DNA from: Candidatus Eiseniibacteriota bacterium
GTDB taxonomy: Bacteria; Eisenbacteria; RBG-16-71-46
DNA: 64,000 bases
Direction: 5' to 3'
Assembly (NCBI GenBank): GCA_044223005.1
Contig: JBGAML010000018.1
Span: 41,512-105,511 of the forward strand
Positions 47,028 through 56,456 of this stretch are shown one piece after another. The position numbers and the translations under genes were made by a program. The first letter of the stretch is position 1; every line of letters starts with the position of its first letter. Under the pieces are notes generated by a model that was not told the DNA's origin, made no database searches, and saw nothing but the letters and a program-made list of their open reading frames with translations.

Positions 47028-47822
47028 ATGCCGCGAGCCCTGCAGGCCCGCACCGCCCGGTGCCTGGCCGCCCTTCTCGTCGCTCTGGCCGCGCTGGTCG
47101 CCGTTCCCGCCGCACGTGCCCGTTCGGCCGACGAATGGCTCGCGGACGGCGATCGCGAGTACGCCGCGGCCCGGCTACCCGAAGCTCAGCGCGCCTACGC
47201 CGCAGCGGTGCAGGCCTCCCCGACGCATTTCGCGGCCCTCTGCCGGCTCTCGCGCACCGAATCCGAGCTCGGGGAGCTCCAGAAAGGCGACGTCCAGCGC
47301 CGCACCCGCGCCTCCGCGGCCGATCACGCCCGCGCGGCGATCAAGGTCGCGCCGGACTCGGCCGGCGGGCACGTCTGCCTCGCCGTGGCCCTCGGGCGCC
47401 AGGCGCTCTCCGAAGGCCCGCGCACCAAGCTGGCGATGTCGCGCGAGATCAAGTCCGAGGTCGACCGCGCGCTCGAGCTGGATCCCAACGTCGGCCGGGC
47501 GTGGCACGTGCTCGCGATGTGGAACGTGAAGCTCGCCGACCTGAGCGCGATCGAGCGCATGGCGGCCAACGCGGTTCTCGGCGGCGTCCCGAAGGGCGCC
47601 TCGCACGAGAACGCCGAGAACGCGTTCCGCAAGGCGATCGCGCTCGAACCCGCTTACGTGAACCACCGGCTCGAGTATGGCCGGTTCCTGCACGACCAGC
47701 ATCGCGACGCCGACGCGCGGCGCGAGCTGGAAAAGGCGGTCTCGCTGCCGCCGACGAGCGATGCGCTCGACGCCCAGTACCAGGCGGAGGCGCGCGCGCT
47801 GCTCGGCAAGCTGAAGAAGTGA
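47028..47822 (+). CDS. Secreted TPR-repeat protein
   Basis: Signal peptide (…AARA), Ala-rich helical repeats ending A..LDP/A..LEP; GGAGG RBS; stop overlaps thiolase start. Confidence 0.8.
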   Translation: MPRALQARTARCLAALLVALAALVAVPAARARSADEWLADGDREYAAARLPEAQRAYAAAVQASPTHFAALCRLSRTESELGELQKGDVQRRTRASAADHARAAIKVAPDSAGGHVCLAVALGRQALSEGPRTKLAMSREIKSEVDRALELDPNVGRAWHVLAMWNVKLADLSAIERMAANAVLGGVPKGASHENAENAFRKAIALEPAYVNHRLEYGRFLHDQHRDADARRELEKAVSLPPTSDALDAQYQAEARALLGKLKK

Positions 47823-49102
47823 TGGCGACCTCGGGCTGGATCCTGGGCGGCGTGCGGACGCCGTTCGCCAAGGCCGGCGGGCCGTTCCGCCGCGTGCCCT
47901 CGTACGAGCTGGGCCGGCTGGCCGCGGCCGAGGCGATCGCGCGCGCCGAGCTGGATCCGGGCCGGATCGACGAGGTGATCTTCGGTCACTGCGCCATGCC
48001 GTCCGAGGCGGCCAACTCCAGCCGCATCGTCGCCCTGCGCGCGGGGATCCCCGAGCGCGTGCCCGCGTTCACGGTGCACCGCAACTGCGCCTCCGGCATG
48101 GAATCGGTCGCGAGCGCGCTCTACCGCGTGGCGGCCGGCGACGCGCACCTCGTGCTGGCGGGCGGCATGGAGAACATGACCCAGATTCCGCTGCACTTCT
48201 CCACGAAGTACGCGGAATGGCTCGAAGGCCTGATGCGCGCGAAGACGCCGGTGCAGAAGTTCGGCGCGTTCGCGCGTTTCCGGCCCGCCATGCTGGCGCC
48301 GCGCATCGCACTGGCCGAGGGACTCACGGACCTGGTCTGCGGCCTCAACATGGGCCAGACCGCCGAGGTGCTGGCACGCGAGTTCCGCATCACGCGCGAG
48401 GAACAGGACGCCTTCGCGTTGCGCAGCCACCAGCGCGCGATCGCCGCGCGCGAGCGGCTCCGCGACGAGATCGTGCCCGTGTTCGCCGCGCCCGGCTACG
48501 AGGCCGTGCGCGACGACGTCGGGCCACGCGACGGCCAGACGATCGAGGCACTGGCGAAGCTCAAGCCCTACTTCGACCGCCGCAACGGCACCGTCACGGT
48601 CGGCAACGCCTGCTCCGTGACGGACGGCGCGGTCGCGCTGCTCGTCGGCGACGACGAGACCGCGCGGAACTGGCCGGCGCCGCCGCTCGGGCGCGTGGTC
48701 GCGTTCGCGTTCGCGGGGCTCGCGCCCTCGCGCATGGGCCTCGGGCCGGTGTACGCCAGCGCGAAGGCGCTGGCGCGCGCGGGGCTGACGCTCGCCGACA
48801 TGGAGCGCGTCGAGATCAACGAGGCGTTCGCCGCGCAGGTGCTCGTCTGCGTCGCCGCCATGAAATCGCCGGCGTTCGCGCGCGACGAGCTGGGGCTGGA
48901 CCGCGCGCTGGGCGAGATCCCCGACGAGATCCTCAACGTGAACGGCGGCGCCATCGCGCTCGGCCATCCGGTGGGCTCGAGCGGCGGGCGGCTGATCCTG
49001 ACGCTGCTGCACGAGCTCAAGCGGCGCGGACTCAAGCGCGGGCTCGCGACGCTCTGCGTCGGCGGCGGCCAGGGCGCGGCGTTCGTGCTGGAGGCGGCAT
49101 GA
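47822..49102 (+). CDS. fadI: Acetyl-CoA C-acyltransferase (3-ketoacyl-CoA thiolase, FadI-like)
   Basis: VRTPF, RNCASG, NEAFAAQ, GHPVG, LCVGGGQG; adjacent to FadJ-like gene. Confidence 0.88.
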   Translation: MATSGWILGGVRTPFAKAGGPFRRVPSYELGRLAAAEAIARAELDPGRIDEVIFGHCAMPSEAANSSRIVALRAGIPERVPAFTVHRNCASGMESVASALYRVAAGDAHLVLAGGMENMTQIPLHFSTKYAEWLEGLMRAKTPVQKFGAFARFRPAMLAPRIALAEGLTDLVCGLNMGQTAEVLAREFRITREEQDAFALRSHQRAIAARERLRDEIVPVFAAPGYEAVRDDVGPRDGQTIEALAKLKPYFDRRNGTVTVGNACSVTDGAVALLVGDDETARNWPAPPLGRVVAFAFAGLAPSRMGLGPVYASAKALARAGLTLADMERVEINEAFAAQVLVCVAAMKSPAFARDELGLDRALGEIPDEILNVNGGAIALGHPVGSSGGRLILTLLHELKRRGLKRGLATLCVGGGQGAAFVLEAA

Positions 49103-51246
49103 GCGAGGTGTTCCGGATCGAGCCTGCGGCGAACGGCGTCGTCCACCTCGTGATGGACGACCCGGAGCGAAAGGTCAACGTCCTCGACGAACCGGCGATC
49201 GCCGCGCTCGAGGGCGCCCTCACGCAGCTCGAATCGCGTTCCGACGTGGCCGGCGTGGTGCTGCGCAGCGGCAAGAAGGGCTCGTTCATCGCGGGCGCCG
49301 ACATCACCGCGATCGGCTCGCTCACCGACCCCGAGCGCGTGCGCGCGCTCGTCCATCGCGGGCACGTCGCGTTCTCGCGGCTCGCGGCCCTGCGCGTCCC
49401 GACCGTCGCGGCCATCGAGGGCCCGTGCCTCGGCGGCGGCCTGGAGATCGCGCTCGCGTGCGACTCGCGCGTCGCCGCGGAGGAGAAGTCGCAGATCGGC
49501 CTGCCCGAGGTGATGCTCGGGATCTTCCCGGGCTTCGGTGGAACCACGCGCCTGCCGCGGCTCGTGGGCCTGTCCGCCGCGCTCGACCTGATCCTCACCG
49601 GCCGCACGCTCGACGCGAAGCGGGCCGAGAAGATGGGCGTCGTCGCGAAGGCCGTCCCCGCGGCGTGGCTCGTCGAAGGCGCGGAGCGCCGGCTCGCCGA
49701 GATCGCGAAGCGTCCCGCGGCCACGCGCCGCGACGCGTTCCGGCCGCGGAACACGATGCAGCAGCTGCTCGACGCGAATCCGTTCGGCCGCGCGCTCGTG
49801 TTCCAGCAGGCGCGCGCCGGTGTGCTGCGCAAGACGGGCGGGCACTATCCCGCGCCGCTCGCCGCGATCGAGGCGATGCAGCGGGGCCTCGGCGAGCCGA
49901 TCGAGCGTGCGCTGCAGTTCGAGGAGCTGGGCGTCGTGCCGCTCGTCGTCGGGCCCGTGTGCAAGAACCTCGTGCGCATCTTCCAGCTCTCCGAGGACGC
50001 CAAGCGCCGCTCGCCGGTCGCCGACGCGTCGATCGCGCCGGCGCCGATCGAGCGGCTCGCGCTGGCCGGCGCCGGCGTGATGGGCGGCGGCATCGCCGAG
50101 CTCGCGTCGCGCTTCGGGATCGAAGTCCGCCTGCGCGACGTGAAGCCGGAGTCGCTGCAGAAGGGGCTCGCGACCGTGCGCGCCGTGCTCGACGAGCGCG
50201 GCCGCAAGCGCCGCACGCCGTCGCGCGAGAAGGACGGACAGATGGCGCGCATCCTGCCGACGCTCGAGCTGACGGGCGTGCGCCACGCCGACGCCGCGAT
50301 CGAGGCGGTGGTCGAGGACCTGGACGTGAAGCGCCGCGTGTTCGCCGAACTCGAGGTGCGCCTGCCCGAGACGGCGCTGCTGGCCACCAACACGTCGTCG
50401 CTGCGTGTGGACGCGCTGGCGGAGGGGCTGCAGCATCCCGGCCGGTTCGTGGGTTTCCACTTCTTCAACCCCGTGCACAAGATGCCGCTCGTCGAGGTCG
50501 TGCGCGGCGCGAAGACGACCGATGCGGCGCTCGTGACCGCGGTGGCGCTCGCGCGCCGGCTCGGCAAGACGCCGGTCGTCGTCAACGACTCGCCGGGCTT
50601 CGTCGTGAACCGGCTGCTCATGCCGTACCTGCGCGAGGCGATGCACCTCGTGGAGGAGGGCCACGACGTCGAGTTCGTGGACCGCGCGATGCGCCGGTTC
50701 GGCATGCCCATGGGACCGTTCGAAGTCGTGGACGAGGTCGGCCTCGACGTCGCGAACAAGGTCGCGGGCGTGCTGTCGGCCGCGTTCCCGGAGCGCATGA
50801 AGCCCGCGCCGCTGCTCGAGAAGATGCTCGCGGCGGGCCGCCTGGGCCGCAAGAGCGGGCTCGGCTTCTACCGCCATGCGGGGCGCAAGCGCACGCCGGA
50901 TCCGGCGGTGCGCGGACTGCTCGCGCTGCCCGCGGTGCGGTCGGGCGCGAGCGAGGCGCAGGCGACCGAGCGCATGGTGCTGGCGATGATCAACGAGGGC
51001 GCGCGCTGCCTCGAGGAGCACGTGGTCGCCGATGCCGGTGCGGTGGACGTGGCGATGATCTTCGGCGCCGGCTTCCCGCCCTTCCGCGGCGGCGTGATGC
51101 GCCACGCGGACACGCTCGGACTCGCGAACGTGGTCGCGCGGCTGCGCGCGCTGCGCGCCGAGAAGGGCGTGCGCTTCGAGCCCTGCACGCTGCTCGTCCG
51201 CACCGCCGAATCGGGCGCGACGTTCACGTCGCCGGCCGGGGCATGA
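49099..51246 (+). CDS. fadJ: Fatty acid oxidation complex alpha subunit (enoyl-CoA hydratase/3-hydroxyacyl-CoA dehydrogenase)
   Basis: FIAGADI, CLGGGLE, GLPEV, GAGVMGGG, EAVVED, NTSSL, HFFNPV, GFPPFRGG. Confidence 0.9.
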   Translation: MSEVFRIEPAANGVVHLVMDDPERKVNVLDEPAIAALEGALTQLESRSDVAGVVLRSGKKGSFIAGADITAIGSLTDPERVRALVHRGHVAFSRLAALRVPTVAAIEGPCLGGGLEIALACDSRVAAEEKSQIGLPEVMLGIFPGFGGTTRLPRLVGLSAALDLILTGRTLDAKRAEKMGVVAKAVPAAWLVEGAERRLAEIAKRPAATRRDAFRPRNTMQQLLDANPFGRALVFQQARAGVLRKTGGHYPAPLAAIEAMQRGLGEPIERALQFEELGVVPLVVGPVCKNLVRIFQLSEDAKRRSPVADASIAPAPIERLALAGAGVMGGGIAELASRFGIEVRLRDVKPESLQKGLATVRAVLDERGRKRRTPSREKDGQMARILPTLELTGVRHADAAIEAVVEDLDVKRRVFAELEVRLPETALLATNTSSLRVDALAEGLQHPGRFVGFHFFNPVHKMPLVEVVRGAKTTDAALVTAVALARRLGKTPVVVNDSPGFVVNRLLMPYLREAMHLVEEGHDVEFVDRAMRRFGMPMGPFEVVDEVGLDVANKVAGVLSAAFPERMKPAPLLEKMLAAGRLGRKSGLGFYRHAGRKRTPDPAVRGLLALPAVRSGASEAQATERMVLAMINEGARCLEEHVVADAGAVDVAMIFGAGFPPFRGGVMRHADTLGLANVVARLRALRAEKGVRFEPCTLLVRTAESGATFTSPAGA

Positions 51247-51773
51247 TCGAACCGGAGCGCCTCGAGACGCCGCGACTCCACCTCCGCGCGATCGTGGAGT
51301 CGGACGCGGCGTTCGCGTTCGAGCTCGTCAACGAACCGGACTGGAAGCGCTTCATCGGCGACCGCCAGGTGCACTCGGTGGAGGACGCCCGGGCGATGAT
51401 CGCGTCCCGTTGGCGGGCCGCGTACGAGCGGCCCGGCTACGGGTTCCTGCTGGTCGAGCGCCGCGAGGACGCCGAGCCGCTGGGCATCTGCGGGATCATC
51501 CATCGCGACGGCCTCGACGCGCCCGACCTCGGGTTCGCGCTGCTCGCCCGCCACGCCGGGCACGGATACGCGCGCGAGGCGGCCGAGCGCTTCCTGCGTC
51601 ATGCGCGCGAAACGCTGCAGCTGCCGCGGCTGCTCGCGATCACGCTGGCGGAGAACACGCGCTCCGTCGCGCTTCTCGAGCGGATCGGGATGCGCGACGC
51701 GGGCACGGTGCGGCTTCCCGGCGAGGACGTCGACCTGCGGCTCTTCGCGCTCGACCTGCCATCCGCGGGCTGA
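51243..51773 (+). CDS. GNAT (RimJ/RimL-like) N-acetyltransferase
   Basis: LETPRLHLR, FIGDR, DLGFA…GHGYAREA, N.RS..LLE.IG; ATGA overlap with fadJ. Confidence 0.88.
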   Translation: MIEPERLETPRLHLRAIVESDAAFAFELVNEPDWKRFIGDRQVHSVEDARAMIASRWRAAYERPGYGFLLVERREDAEPLGICGIIHRDGLDAPDLGFALLARHAGHGYAREAAERFLRHARETLQLPRLLAITLAENTRSVALLERIGMRDAGTVRLPGEDVDLRLFALDLPSAG

Positions 51774-51908
51774 GCCGGGGGACGCCCGGCCGCCCGTCGC
51801 CGCGCCGGGCACTCGGCGCTTGCGCCGGTTCGGACGCATCGGGGAGAGTGCCGCCGTTCGCGCGCACCTCCGTGCGCGGCTCTCGCCCTCATTCGCCCGG
51901 AGCCTCCC

Positions 51909-53699
51909 GTGAAGCGCCTCGCATTCGCCTCTGCCCTCGCCGTACTCGCCGTCCTCGCGCTGCCCACCGCTCCCGCGCGGGCGGCCTCCGCGATCCAGGA
52001 GCGGGCCGACCGCTTCCTCGCGCTGGTCAACTCGACCTACCAGGCGCTCTACACCGTCGAGCAGAAGACGCAGTGGGACGCCGCCACGGACGTGAGCGCC
52101 GAGCACGACGCGGCCGCCGCAGCGGCCGGCAAGGCGCGCGCGGCGTTCACGGGCAACGCGGCCGTCATCACCGAGGCGCGGGCGCTGCTCGAGCACGCCT
52201 CCGAACTGGATTCGCTCTCCGTGCGCCAGTTGCGCCGGTTGCTGCTCAATGCGGCCGAGGGCCCGATGACCAATCCCGGCCTGGTGGCGGCACGCATCGA
52301 CGCCGAGACGAAGCAGGCGTCGACCATGAATGGCTTCACGTTCCAGCTGGACGGCAAGACCGTCACCGCGAACCAGATCGACGACCAGCTCGTCTCGCTC
52401 ACCGATCTCGCGCAGCGGCGCAAGGTCTGGGAGGCCTCCAAGGCGATCGGGCCGGCGTTGCGCCCCGGCATGGTCGAGCTGCAGGGCCTGCGCAACCGGG
52501 TTGCGCGCGAGCTCGGTTACCCCGACTACTTCACGCTGCAGGCGGCCAGCCACGACATGACCACGCCCGAGATGCTGGAGATGCAGGAGAACTTCCTGCG
52601 AGAGCTGCGACCGCTCTACCTGCAGCTCTACACGTGGACCAAGTACGAACTCGCGAAGCGCTACCACCAGCCGGTGCCCGGACGCATCCCGGCGGACTGG
52701 CTGCCGAACCGCTGGGCGCAGGAGTGGGAGGCGCTGGTCGAGGTGCCGGGCCTGGACGCGGCGCTCAAGACCCACGACGCGGAATGGATCGTGAAGACCG
52801 GCGAGCGCTTCTACACGAGCCTCGGGCGCCAGCCGCTGCCGGAATCGTTCTGGCGCGACTCCGATCTCTACCCGGTCGCGCCGCCGTCCACGCGCCACAA
52901 GAACACGCACGCGTCGTGCTGGGACATGGACCTCGAGCACGACATCCGCTCGCTCATGAGCGTCGAGAGCGACGAGCAGTGGTTCACGACGGTCCATCAC
53001 GAGCTCGGGCACGCCTACTACGACATGGCCTACACGCGACCCGAGATCCCGTACCTGCTGCGCACGGGCGCGAGCCCGGCGTTCCACGAGGGCTTCGCGG
53101 GCGTGGCCGAGGTGGCCTCGCGGCAGACGCCGTACCTGCAGTCGCTCGGCCTGCTGCCCGCCGGCCAGGCGCCCGACGAGGTGCGCACGCTGCTGCACGA
53201 CGCGCTCGCGACGGTACCGTTCATGTTCTTCGCTTCCGGTCCCATGACGCACTGGGAAGCGGATGTCTACGCTCACGAACTGCCGCAGGACCAGTGGAAC
53301 GCGCGGTGGTGGAAGTACGTGGAGCAGTACCAGGGTGTGGTGCCGCCGTCGGCGCGTGGCGAGGAGTTCTGCGATCCCGTGACCAAGACGCACATCAACG
53401 ACAACCCGGCCTACTACTACTCGTACGCGGTCGCGACCGTGTTCCAGTACCAGATCTACTGCCATCTCGCGAAGAACGTGCTGCACCAGGACCCGCACCA
53501 CTGCAACCTCGCGGGGCACCCGGAGGTCGGGGCGTTCCTCGACGGCATGCAGAAGTGGGGTGCCGCGCGGGACTGGCGCGTGCTGCTGCGCGAGTCGACG
53601 GGCGAGGATCTCTCGACGCGGGCGATGGTCGACTACTACGCCCCGCTCATGAAGTGGCTGCAGAAGCAGAATCGCGGCCGCAAGCTCGGCTGGGACTGA
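51909..53699 (+). CDS. Secreted M2 family peptidyl-dipeptidase (ACE-like)
   Basis: Signal peptide, HASCWD, HHELGH, GASPAFHEG, WNARWW…YQGV, KTHI…YY.Y, YYAPL..WL. Confidence 0.9.
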   Translation: MKRLAFASALAVLAVLALPTAPARAASAIQERADRFLALVNSTYQALYTVEQKTQWDAATDVSAEHDAAAAAAGKARAAFTGNAAVITEARALLEHASELDSLSVRQLRRLLLNAAEGPMTNPGLVAARIDAETKQASTMNGFTFQLDGKTVTANQIDDQLVSLTDLAQRRKVWEASKAIGPALRPGMVELQGLRNRVARELGYPDYFTLQAASHDMTTPEMLEMQENFLRELRPLYLQLYTWTKYELAKRYHQPVPGRIPADWLPNRWAQEWEALVEVPGLDAALKTHDAEWIVKTGERFYTSLGRQPLPESFWRDSDLYPVAPPSTRHKNTHASCWDMDLEHDIRSLMSVESDEQWFTTVHHELGHAYYDMAYTRPEIPYLLRTGASPAFHEGFAGVAEVASRQTPYLQSLGLLPAGQAPDEVRTLLHDALATVPFMFFASGPMTHWEADVYAHELPQDQWNARWWKYVEQYQGVVPPSARGEEFCDPVTKTHINDNPAYYYSYAVATVFQYQIYCHLAKNVLHQDPHHCNLAGHPEVGAFLDGMQKWGAARDWRVLLRESTGEDLSTRAMVDYYAPLMKWLQKQNRGRKLGWD

Positions 53700-53868
53700 A
53701 GTTCCGGACGTGGGGGCGCGGCGCCCGCTTGGACCTCGCGGGCGCCGCGTGCAGCCGCTCTCGCCCGCGAGCCGATGCACCGGCGCGCAGGGCTGCGAGC
53801 GTCCCCCGTCCGGCCGGACGATCCGCGGGCCCGCTCCCCTCGGCGGGTGATCCGCGAACCGCCCGGCG

Positions 53869-56349
53869 TCAGCGAATCACGACCACCTTCCGCGTCGCGC
53901 TCTCGCGGCCGAAGTCCAGCCGCGCGAAGTACGCGCCCGCTTCCAGAGTCTGGCCGAGCAGCGGCACGTCGTGCGGTCCCGCGGTCATCGTCTCGCGTTC
54001 CACCAGTGTCGCGACGCGGCGGCCCGAGACGTCGTAGAGCGCGAGGCTCACCGGTCCCGCCGCCGGCAGGTCGAAGTGCACCAGGGCACGGGTGCGCACC
54101 GGGTTCGGCGCGCTGCGCAGTTCGAAGCGCGAGGCGACCGGCCCGGGCGTCACGTCGAGCACGCTGGAGAGGATGGACAGGTTCGCGGCGTAGTAGACCG
54201 GATTGCGTCCGCCGATCGCCGAGAACGCTCCGCCGACGTAGAGGTTCGCGCCGCTCGCGGCCAGGGCGTAGACGAAGTTGTTGGGACCGGCGTCCCAGGT
54301 CGTCGCCGCGCCGGTCGCGAGCGAAAGGCCGGCGATCCGGTTGCGCGTCTGGCCGCCCACGAAGGTGAACTGCCCGCCCACGTAGAGCGCGTTGCCCCCG
54401 ATCGCGAGTGCGCTGACCACGTTGTTGGAGTTGGGATCCCAGGTGGTCGCGACTCCGCTGGTGAGGTCGAGTGCGGCGAGCCGGTTGCGGGTCTGCCCGC
54501 CGAACGTCGTGAAGGCGCCCCCCGCGAACACCGTGTTCCCGGAGATCGCCAGGGAGTACACGATGTTGTTGGCGCCCGCGTCCCACGCGTCCGGCAGGCC
54601 GGTCGTGGGATCGATCGCGACCAGTCCGGCGTGCGCGATCGTTCCGACGGTCGCGAAGGCGCCGCCCGCCACGACTCGCGATCCGGTCAGCGCCAGTGCG
54701 AACACCGTGTTGTTCAGGTTGGGGTTCCACGCCGTCGCCGAGCCGGTGGTGGCGTCGAGGGCCGCGAGCCGGTTGCGGGCCTGGCCGGCGATCGTGTTGA
54801 ACGCGCCACCGGCGTAGATCTTGTTCCCGTCGACCGCGAGGGCGTAGACGATCCCGTTCGCATTGGGGTTCCACGAGAACACCGCCGCGCCGGTCGCCGG
54901 ATCGAGGGCCGCGATGCGGTTGCGGGCCTGGCCGCCGATCGTGGTGAAGGCCCCGCCGGCGATCACGGACGAGCCCGAGATGGCCAGCGAGTACACCTGG
55001 TTGTTCGCGTTCGGGTTCCAGTCGGTCGCCGCGCCGGTCGTCGCGTCGAACGCAGCGATGTAGTTCCGCGCGAGCGTTCCCATGGTCGTGAATGCGCCGC
55101 CGGCCCACAGGTGCGAGCCGTCGTACGCGGCGGTGTAGACGAACCCGTTGGCGTCGGGATCCCATGCCGTCGCGACCGGCGTGGCCGTGGTCGTGTCCAG
55201 CTGCGCCATGCGGTTCCGCGCGGCGCCGCCGATGTTCGTGAACTCGCCCATCGCGACGAGCGTCGCCCCGAACGGGAGCAGGCCGTAGACGTAGTTGTTG
55301 GCGTTCGCGTTCCACGCGGTCGCGGCGCCGGTGGCGTCGTCGAGCGCGGCGATGCGGTTGCGGACCTGGCCGCCGATCGAGGTGAACTGCCCGGAAGCGT
55401 AGACGGCGTTCGCCGCGGGCACGATCGCGTAGACGGTCGAGTTCGCGTTCGGGTTCCACGCCGTCGCGAGCCCGGTCGCGAGGTCGAGTGCCGCGATGCG
55501 GTTCCGGCTCTGGCCTCCCACCGAGGTGAAGACGCCCCCGACGTACATCGTGCTGCCGGAGATCGCCATCGTGCGCACGATGTTGTTCGCGGTCGGGTTC
55601 CAGGTGCCCGCGGCACCGGTCGACAGGTCGAGCGCGGCGAGGCCGCTGCGGTTCTGGCCCCCGATCACCGAGAACTGTCCCGATGCGTAGAGCGTCGAGC
55701 CGTCCAGCAGCAGGTCGTAGACGGCGAAGTTCGCGTTCGGGTTCCAGGAGAAGACCGCGAGCCCCGTGTTCACGTCGAGCGCGGCAACGTGGTTGCGCGT
55801 CTGCCCGCCCGCCGACGTGAACTCGCCGCCGGCGTACAGCGTCGAGCCATTGCGGACCAGTGTGTAGACTTGGTTGTTCACGTTCGCGTTCCACGACGCG
55901 AGGGTGCCGTCGGCGAGGATGTGCGCGAGGTGCGTCCGCGATGCCAGGCCCACGGTGGTGAAGTTGCCGCCGACGAACCAGCCCCCGCTGCCGTCCGGCA
56001 CGACGGCGTACACCGTGCCGTTCACGACCGGGAAGACGCCCGTGGGCAGGCCCGAGCCCGGATCGAGCAGGGCGCCGCCTCCTGTCACGCGCTGCACGGC
56101 CGTGAAGTTCCCGCCCCAGTAGACGGTGTTCCCGGAGCGCATGACGACGTTCACGGCGCCGTTCGTCGACCACATCGTGGTGTCGGCCTGCTGCGCTCGT
56201 GCCGACGTGGCGCCCATCGCGAGAACGAGCGCGAGGCTCGCCAGACTCGCCACGATCGGCTTCGGAAAACGATTGCGCGTTCTCGACGCTGCCAGCCTCG
56301 GGATGGGTGGGACGAGACGCGTCGTGTGTTCGAACGAAGTTCCGTGCAT
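53869..56349 (-). CDS. Secreted tandem-repeat beta-propeller protein with C-terminal FlgD-Ig/T9SS-type tail
   Basis: Signal peptide, 14 repeats of ~48 aa (WNPNANxxV…GGxFTxxGGQxRNRIAALD), SAPNP…YDVSGRRV…GAYFARL tail; GGAGG-like RBS. Confidence 0.85.
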   Translation of the reverse strand: MHGTSFEHTTRLVPPIPRLAASRTRNRFPKPIVASLASLALVLAMGATSARAQQADTTMWSTNGAVNVVMRSGNTVYWGGNFTAVQRVTGGGALLDPGSGLPTGVFPVVNGTVYAVVPDGSGGWFVGGNFTTVGLASRTHLAHILADGTLASWNANVNNQVYTLVRNGSTLYAGGEFTSAGGQTRNHVAALDVNTGLAVFSWNPNANFAVYDLLLDGSTLYASGQFSVIGGQNRSGLAALDLSTGAAGTWNPTANNIVRTMAISGSTMYVGGVFTSVGGQSRNRIAALDLATGLATAWNPNANSTVYAIVPAANAVYASGQFTSIGGQVRNRIAALDDATGAATAWNANANNYVYGLLPFGATLVAMGEFTNIGGAARNRMAQLDTTTATPVATAWDPDANGFVYTAAYDGSHLWAGGAFTTMGTLARNYIAAFDATTGAATDWNPNANNQVYSLAISGSSVIAGGAFTTIGGQARNRIAALDPATGAAVFSWNPNANGIVYALAVDGNKIYAGGAFNTIAGQARNRLAALDATTGSATAWNPNLNNTVFALALTGSRVVAGGAFATVGTIAHAGLVAIDPTTGLPDAWDAGANNIVYSLAISGNTVFAGGAFTTFGGQTRNRLAALDLTSGVATTWDPNSNNVVSALAIGGNALYVGGQFTFVGGQTRNRIAGLSLATGAATTWDAGPNNFVYALAASGANLYVGGAFSAIGGRNPVYYAANLSILSSVLDVTPGPVASRFELRSAPNPVRTRALVHFDLPAAGPVSLALYDVSGRRVATLVERETMTAGPHDVPLLGQTLEAGAYFARLDFGRESATRKVVVIR

Positions 56350-56456
56350 GGAAACCCTCCTTCTCGCGCCTCAACCGCGAGTGGTCGACGTATACTCGTG
56401 TGCTCCCCGACCTCGGCCTTCTCCCCTCATTGCGCACGACGCGCGGAGAAACCGTC

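Noticed and set aside
54200..56150. Periodic DNA repeats considered as a CRISPR array or DGR template
   Set aside because: The ~144-nt degenerate repeats are in-frame protein repeats with synonymous variation. There are no identical repeat-spacer units and no cas or reverse transcriptase gene.
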